Source: Clostridiales bacterium (GTDB lineage Bacteria > Bacillota > Clostridia > Saccharofermentanales > Saccharofermentanaceae). From it: a stretch of 64,000 nucleotides of DNA. Where the stretch lies: contig JAFWDK010000010.1 of the NCBI GenBank assembly GCA_017513085.1, positions 128,001 to 192,000 of the forward strand, given 5' to 3'. Below the pieces are notes generated by a model. The model searched no databases and was not told the origin of the DNA. It saw nothing but the letters and a program-made list of their open reading frames with translations. Both the position numbers and the translations under genes were made by a program. Positions 58,734 to 64,000 of the stretch are shown here, one piece after another (the stretch's first letter is position 1; each line of letters begins with the position of its first letter).

Positions 58734-60101
58734 TTAACCTTTGACTATGTTCAGAGCAGCTTCTACGGTTTCCGGAGCCGGTGCACCAATGATGGTTCTC
58801 TTATTGACACATGTCTGCAAAGAGATAGCATCGTATACATCCTCGTCGATCAGATCGGAGAACTGCCTGAATTCTTCCAAAGAAAGCTTTTCCAACGTGG
58901 TATTGTGCTCGATGCAGTAGTGGACGAGCTTACCGGAGATCTCGTGCGTGCTTCTGAACGGAATGCCCTTGCGGACAAGATAGTCAGCAAGGTCGGTGGC
59001 ATTGGTGAATCCGCCGAGCGCGGCCTTCTCCATGTTGTCCTTGCGAAGTTTCATGGTCTTGATCATACCGGTAAAGGGAACAAGAACCCCTTTGATCGTA
59101 TCGATCACATCAAAAATTGCTTCCTGCACTTCCTGCATGTCTTTGTTATAGGTTAGAGGCAGACCCTTCATGGTCACCAGAAGGGAGATGAGGTCACCAT
59201 AGACACGGCCGGTCTTGCCACGAGTAAGCTCTGCAACATCGGGGTTCTTTTTCTGTGGCATCATGGAAGAACCGGTAGAATAAGCATCATCCAGCTCGAT
59301 GAATTTGAATTCCTGGGATGAATAGAGAATGATTTCTTCAGAAAGACGGGACAAATGCATCATAAGCAGAGATGCGAAAGAGGCAAGTTCAATCGCCCAG
59401 TCTCTGTCTGCGACACCATCCAGAGAGTTCAGAGTGACGCCGTTCATACCCAGTTGATCAGCAACGAATTCACGGTCGAGAGGATAAGTGGTGCCGGCCA
59501 GTGCGCCGGACCCAAGAGGGGAGATGTTCGTTCTGGCGATGGCCTCGTCGAGACGATCCATATCACGGCCGAACATCTGAATGTATGCCATGAGATAGTG
59601 CGCGAATGTGATAGGCTGGGCACGCTGAAGGTGTGTATATCCCGGCATATATGTCTTGGTATTAGCTTGCGCGATTTCTATCAAAGTATCACGCAAGAGC
59701 CCGAGCAGTGATTGAATCTCTTTTGCTTCATCCACAGCGTAGAGACGCTGATCCAACGCGACCTGATCGTTTCTGGATCTTCCTGTATGAAGACGCTTTC
59801 CGGCATCGCCGATGCGGTTGGTGAGTTCTTCTTCAATGAACATATGAATGTCTTCGGCATCCGAATCAAAAGTGAGTTTTCCGGATTCAATGTCATCCAG
59901 AATGGATAATAGTCCTTCTTTGATCTGATCAGCATCTTCCTGTGTGATGATACCCTGTTTTGCCAACATCTGACTGTGGGCAACCGAGCCCTCGATATCC
60001 TGTTTATACATTCTGCAGTCGAAGGGGAGAGACGAGTTAAAATCATTCACTGCCTTGTCAGTAGCTTTCTCGAATCTTCCTGCCCACATTTTCTTAGCCA
60101 T
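58734..60101 (-). CDS. argH: Argininosuccinate lyase
   Basis: MWAGRF, LHTGRSRNDQ, PGYTHLQRAQP, STGSSMMPQKKNPD; AGGAG RBS. Confidence 0.97.
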   Translation of the reverse strand: MAKKMWAGRFEKATDKAVNDFNSSLPFDCRMYKQDIEGSVAHSQMLAKQGIITQEDADQIKEGLLSILDDIESGKLTFDSDAEDIHMFIEEELTNRIGDAGKRLHTGRSRNDQVALDQRLYAVDEAKEIQSLLGLLRDTLIEIAQANTKTYMPGYTHLQRAQPITFAHYLMAYIQMFGRDMDRLDEAIARTNISPLGSGALAGTTYPLDREFVADQLGMNGVTLNSLDGVADRDWAIELASFASLLMMHLSRLSEEIILYSSQEFKFIELDDAYSTGSSMMPQKKNPDVAELTRGKTGRVYGDLISLLVTMKGLPLTYNKDMQEVQEAIFDVIDTIKGVLVPFTGMIKTMKLRKDNMEKAALGGFTNATDLADYLVRKGIPFRSTHEISGKLVHYCIEHNTTLEKLSLEEFRQFSDLIDEDVYDAISLQTCVNKRTIIGAPAPETVEAALNIVKG

Positions 60102-60221
60102 AGTATCATTCTCCTTTTTGTATCTAAAAAACAATACATATAATATCACAAATGCTAAATGATAACGAAAATCTAAACGTATAAATATCTATTTTTGTTA
60201 TGTAGTACCCGCTTATTATAT

Positions 60222-60668
60222 TCATTGTCTATATGTGTCGATGATCTCAAGATCGACCAGCGCCTTGTTTCTGTAATTCAGGTCTTCACGAAGAGTAAAA
60301 CCTTGTGATTCCCAGAACGAATTGCCAAGATCGTTGTGCTTAAAGGCTACGAGGGCCACTTTCTTGATTCCCTCGTTGTTTAAGGCTTCTATGGCAAGTT
60401 CCACGAGTTTAGCACCGATACCTTTTCTTCGATGTTCCGGTGAAACGGACATGTGCTGGATGTAGCCGCGCCGGCCATCGTGGCCACACAGGATCACACC
60501 TGCTACGTGGCCGTTATCTACTGCGACAAAAGATGTTGTCGGGTTCCTTTTTAAGTATTTCTCGATGCCTTCTTTCGAGTCGTCTGTGCTGTTGAGTCCG
60601 TTATGACACGCGACCCAGATTGCATACACTTCATCATAATCATCAATAGTCATCAATCTAAATTCCAT
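60222..60668 (-). CDS. GNAT acetyltransferase (YpeA-like)
   Basis: MTIDDYDEV, YLKRNP, GHDGRRGYI, RRKGIG, N..GNSFW..GF; AAGGAG RBS. Confidence 0.85.
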   Translation of the reverse strand: MEFRLMTIDDYDEVYAIWVACHNGLNSTDDSKEGIEKYLKRNPTTSFVAVDNGHVAGVILCGHDGRRGYIQHMSVSPEHRRKGIGAKLVELAIEALNNEGIKKVALVAFKHNDLGNSFWESQGFTLREDLNYRNKALVDLEIIDTYRQ

Positions 60669-60721
60669 ACATATCTCCTTTCTTTTGTAAGATGTGCCCG
60701 CGAAGAAAGAATACACGTTGG

Positions 60722-60797
60722 TGAAAAGAAAAAAGTTTTCAGCGCCTCCGCAGTGTTGATACACGAGGACAGCGCTAGAAAACTTTTTTCTTTTTCA
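60722..60797. terminator. Long hairpin / probable terminator after argG
   Basis: AAAAGAAAAAAGTTTTC-AGCGC...GCGCT-A-GAAAACTTTTTTCTTTT inverted repeat. Confidence 0.6.
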
Positions 60798-60818
60798 ATA
60801 ATCAGTTTCTGTCGCGAA

Positions 60819-62033
60819 TCAGAGCAGACCGTTCTTCTGCTTCATCTTTGCGTTGACTTTCATCGGGAGACCGAAGCAGTTGATGAATCCGCCTGCATCA
60901 GCCTGATTGTAAACGTCATCAGCTTCAAATGTAGCAATCTCTGGATCATAGAGAGAGAACGGGGAAGTGGTGCCTGCCGGTGTGCAGTTACCCTTATAGA
61001 GCTTCATTCTTACTTCGCCTGTAACAACTTCCTGTGTCTTATCAACAAATGCGGAGATAGCCTCGCGGAGCGGGTGGAACCACTGGCCGTAGTAAACGAG
61101 TTCGGAGAACTTCTGGGCTACGAGATCCTTGTAGTGGATCGTGTCACGCTCAACTGTGAGCAGTTCGAGCTCACGGTGAGCAGCGAAGAGGAGAGTTCCG
61201 CCAGGTGTCTCATAAACGCCACGGCTCTTCATACCAACGAGACGGTTCTCAACGATATCAGCGATACCTACGCCGTTTGCACCGGCAACTTTGTTGCAGT
61301 ATCTCAGAAGATCTGCAGGGGAGAGTTTCTGTCCATCTACTTCTACCGGAACACCCTTTTCGAACTTGATGGTTACATAAGTCGGAGTGTCAGGTGCTTT
61401 TTCAGGAGAAACCATGAGCTCCAGGATCTTGTCGAGGTTCGGCTCGTTAGCCGGATCTTCGAGATCCATACCCTCGTGAGAGAGGTGCCAGAGGTTCTCG
61501 TCCTTGGAATAGTTGTTTTCTTTAGTTACCGGAACTTCGATGCCGCGAGCGTTTGCATAATCGATCTCTTCGTCACGGGACTTGATATCCCAGATTCTCC
61601 AAGGAGCAAGGATCTTCATATCCGGATCGAGAGCCTTGATGGAAAGCTCGAAACGAACCTGGTCGTTACCCTTACCGGTGCAGCCGTGAACGATCGTTGT
61701 GCATCCGTTGGCGTGAGCCGCCTCAACGAAGTGCTTAGCGATTACAGGACGTGCCATGGAAGTGCCGAGGAGGTACTTGCCCTCATAAACTGCATTCGCT
61801 TTAAGAGTCGGGAATACGAAATCAGAAACGAATTCTTCAGAGATATCTTCGATGATGCACTTGATTGCACCGCACTTGAGAGCCTTCTTTTCAAGGTAGT
61901 CGTGATCGACACCTACGCCGACTTCACCGCAGTAAGCTACTACTTCGCAGTCGTAATGTTCCAGAAGCCACGGAATAATAATGGATGTATCCAGTCCGCC
62001 TGAATACGCAAGTAAGAATTTTTCCTTTGCCAT
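60819..62033 (-). CDS. argG: Argininosuccinate synthase
   Basis: [48 protein letters not shown]. Confidence 0.97.
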   Translation of the reverse strand: MAKEKFLLAYSGGLDTSIIIPWLLEHYDCEVVAYCGEVGVGVDHDYLEKKALKCGAIKCIIEDISEEFVSDFVFPTLKANAVYEGKYLLGTSMARPVIAKHFVEAAHANGCTTIVHGCTGKGNDQVRFELSIKALDPDMKILAPWRIWDIKSRDEEIDYANARGIEVPVTKENNYSKDENLWHLSHEGMDLEDPANEPNLDKILELMVSPEKAPDTPTYVTIKFEKGVPVEVDGQKLSPADLLRYCNKVAGANGVGIADIVENRLVGMKSRGVYETPGGTLLFAAHRELELLTVERDTIHYKDLVAQKFSELVYYGQWFHPLREAISAFVDKTQEVVTGEVRMKLYKGNCTPAGTTSPFSLYDPEIATFEADDVYNQADAGGFINCFGLPMKVNAKMKQKNGLL

Positions 62034-62045
62034 AAGGCACCTCCA

Positions 62046-62059
62046 TGAATAATTATTAA
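62046..62059. promoter_or_regulatory. ARG box (ArgR operator) adjacent to the argG RBS
   Basis: TGAATAATTATTAA, a 13/14 match to TGAATWWWWATTCA. Confidence 0.6.
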
Positions 62060-62276
62060 CGATTTTGCATAAAGGCATTGTAGCAGACGATTTCTGCTGC
62101 GTCAACCGATATTTTGAAATTCATTGTATTTATATTTTCTTCTTTATACAAGTAGTAAAACGTTGTGCAAATAACGATTTTTCATGTGTTTACGAAAACT
62201 CTATTAAAGAGTAAAATTATACGGTATGCAGCGGGCTTTTGTGAAAAACCTGACTGTAAAGAAAGGGGTCTGGATC

Positions 62277-63167
62277 ATGGCGTATCCTTTGGTAGAAGGA
62301 AATATCGGTGAATTCTGTATATTGAATGGCGAAAAAGTCGCTTTTGATTCGGCAACCGGTCGGTCTCTTTTTATTCCAACTGATGACATCACATATTATG
62401 AATCTGTTCGTTTCCAGGAAGGTGTTCTGCTTTTCTGGGAAGACCACATGCAAAGACTTGAAAAGTCTGTTGCAGCGAAAGAGGCTTTTCCGATCGAACC
62501 GGATCTGTATCATAAACTCGCGAGCTCGCTGATCAAAGATAGTGGTTTGACAGATGGAAATGTCCGCGTGGTGATCACGCATTCCTTAAATCTTGTATAT
62601 TTAAGCAATATGACGTATCCGACGGTGGATATGTATGAGAACGGAATTGTAACGACAAGTCTTACGTGGGAAAGAGTCGAGCCTCATGTGAAAGTTTTCC
62701 GTGGAGATTATAAGAAAGCGGTGGCGGAGGCGTCTTCGAGACAGACGTCTTTCGGACTTCCTTATGAAGTGATCCTGCGTGGCAATGACGGCAAGTTTGT
62801 CGAGGGCGGAAGATCCAACTTCTTTGTTCTGTATAAAGATACGGTGTATTCACCGTCCGAAGATCTGATCCTGATTGGAATCACGAGAAAATATGTCAAG
62901 AATGCCATCGCCGAAGCCGGTCTAAGACTTGAAGAGGGTGCTTTTACCATGGAAGAGCTGGTCAGGATGGAAACGGAAGAGGATGACGGACCGCCGAAGA
63001 TGGGGTTGTTTGTCACGAGCTCGCCTTTTGATATCCTTCCGGTTGCATCGATCGATGAGCAGAAGTTTTCTTCGGCTGACTGTCCGGCACTTCAGGAGCT
63101 GATGGTGAGCTACCAGAAGATCGTACATGAATATATCGATACACATGCACATGTGGAATCTTTTTAA
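62277..63167 (+). CDS. Class IV PLP aminotransferase (IlvE/PabC/Dat family)
   Basis: YESVR, HMQRL, PHVK (PLP Lys), EGGRSNFF, LIGITR, FVTSS. Confidence 0.82.
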   Translation: MAYPLVEGNIGEFCILNGEKVAFDSATGRSLFIPTDDITYYESVRFQEGVLLFWEDHMQRLEKSVAAKEAFPIEPDLYHKLASSLIKDSGLTDGNVRVVITHSLNLVYLSNMTYPTVDMYENGIVTTSLTWERVEPHVKVFRGDYKKAVAEASSRQTSFGLPYEVILRGNDGKFVEGGRSNFFVLYKDTVYSPSEDLILIGITRKYVKNAIAEAGLRLEEGAFTMEELVRMETEEDDGPPKMGLFVTSSPFDILPVASIDEQKFSSADCPALQELMVSYQKIVHEYIDTHAHVESF

Positions 63168-63193
63168 CAGGGAACAATTTTGGAGGTTTATAT

Positions 63194-64000
63194 ATGGCAA
63201 AAAAAGGAACGATTTCAGTAACAACGGAAAACATCTTTCCTATTATCAGAAAGTGGCTTTATTCCGATCAGGACATCTTTGTCCGTGAGCTGGTAAGTAA
63301 CGGCTCTGATGCGATTGCCAAGTTTAAGAGACTGGTCGATCTGGGTGAAGCCGTTAAGGAAGATACGGATGACTATCAGCTGCATGTCAATTATGACAGT
63401 GATGCAGGAACGATCGAGTTTACTGATAATGGTATCGGTATGACCGAAGAGGAAGTCGATAAGTACATCAACCAGATCGCTTTTTCCGGTGCGATGGATT
63501 TTGTTGAGAAATATAAAGAGCAGAGCACAGATGCGAGCGGCATTATCGGTCATTTCGGTCTCGGTTTTTATTCTGCCTTCATGGTGGCGGATAAAGTCCG
63601 TATCGATACGAAGTCTTTTGTTAAGGATGCGCCGGCGGTTTCCTGGGAATCCGATGATGGTATGGATTATGAGATCTCCGATTCGGACCGTACAGCACGT
63701 GGTACTACGATCACACTGACACTATCCGAAGAAGCGAAGAAGATCTTCGATGCCGGTAAGATCCGTGGTGTGCTGAAGAAGTACTGTTCTTTCATGCCGT
63801 TCGATCTGTATTATACGGATGTTGTGGCTGACAGAAAGCATGAGGAAGAGGAAGCCAAGAAGAGAAAAGAAGCCGAGGAGAAGGGCGAGGAGTATAAGGA
63901 GCATGAACATGAGATCATGCCGATCAATGACACCGAGCCGCTCTGGAAGAAGTCTCCTAAGGATTGTACGGATGAAGAGTACAAGAACTTCTACCGTACG
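63194..64000 (+). CDS. htpG: Molecular chaperone HtpG (Hsp90), 3'-truncated by the window edge
   Basis: Absent from the ORF track; read by hand: MAKKGTISVTTENIFPIIRKWLYSDQDIFVRELVSNGSDA, DNGIGM, IIGHFGLGFYSAFMVA, INDTEPLW. Confidence 0.95.
   Translation, partial: MAKKGTISVTTENIFPIIRKWLYSDQDIFVRELVSNGSDAIAKFKRLVDLGEAVKEDTDDYQLHVNYDSDAGTIEFTDNGIGMTEEEVDKYINQIAFSGAMDFVEKYKEQSTDASGIIGHFGLGFYSAFMVADKVRIDTKSFVKDAPAVSWESDDGMDYEISDSDRTARGTTITLTLSEEAKKIFDAGKIRGVLKKYCSFMPFDLYYTDVVADRKHEEEEAKKRKEAEEKGEEYKEHEHEIMPINDTEPLWKKSPKDCTDEEYKNFYRT

Noticed and set aside
60178-60191. ARG box upstream of argH (CGTATAAATATCTA)
   Set aside because: Only a partial match in an AT-rich region; too weak to call without a weight matrix.
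60603-62003. 466-aa + strand ORF antisense to argG
   Set aside because: Same codon-bias artefact; argG on the - strand explains the region.
63168-63193. CIRCE or other heat-shock operator before htpG
   Set aside because: The 26-nt gap contains only an RBS and no inverted repeat.

Overview
Gene-dense chromosomal window from an anaerobic Clostridia-class (Bacillota) bacterium. The taxonomy is inferred from the gene repertoire, strong AGGAGG ribosome-binding sites, sigma-A promoters and a CIRCE element. Most of it is housekeeping: lysA, mraY, argS, oligoendopeptidase F, rsmF, rdgB, thrR-hom, glutamine synthetase, malic enzyme, Lrp + aminotransferase, prfB, comEA, tRNA-Leu(TAA), tRNA-fMet, an LCP protein, CIRCE-groESL, acyl-ACP thioesterase, a GldA/F/G-DUF4340 ABC cluster, argG/argH and the 5' part of htpG. 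I saw no integrase, transposase, prophage or CRISPR array. The most unusual elements are: (1) a translationally coupled three-gene operon (36173-39530) encoding a Cache-like sensor with no output domain, a Cache-MFS fusion, and a membrane-anchored protein carrying only ECF sigma region 2; (2) a TerY-phosphorylation triad (6920-10770) with a PIN-like domain on the kinase and C-terminal membrane anchors on both kinase and phosphatase; (3) a sensory [FeFe]-hydrogenase cluster lacking its catalytic partner genes, whose kinase gene appears to start at AUA; (4) a sirtuin with a histone-H1-like tail; (5) prfB without the programmed frameshift; (6) an initiator tRNA with a bulged T-stem base. All family calls come from motifs recognised by eye; no database searches were run.
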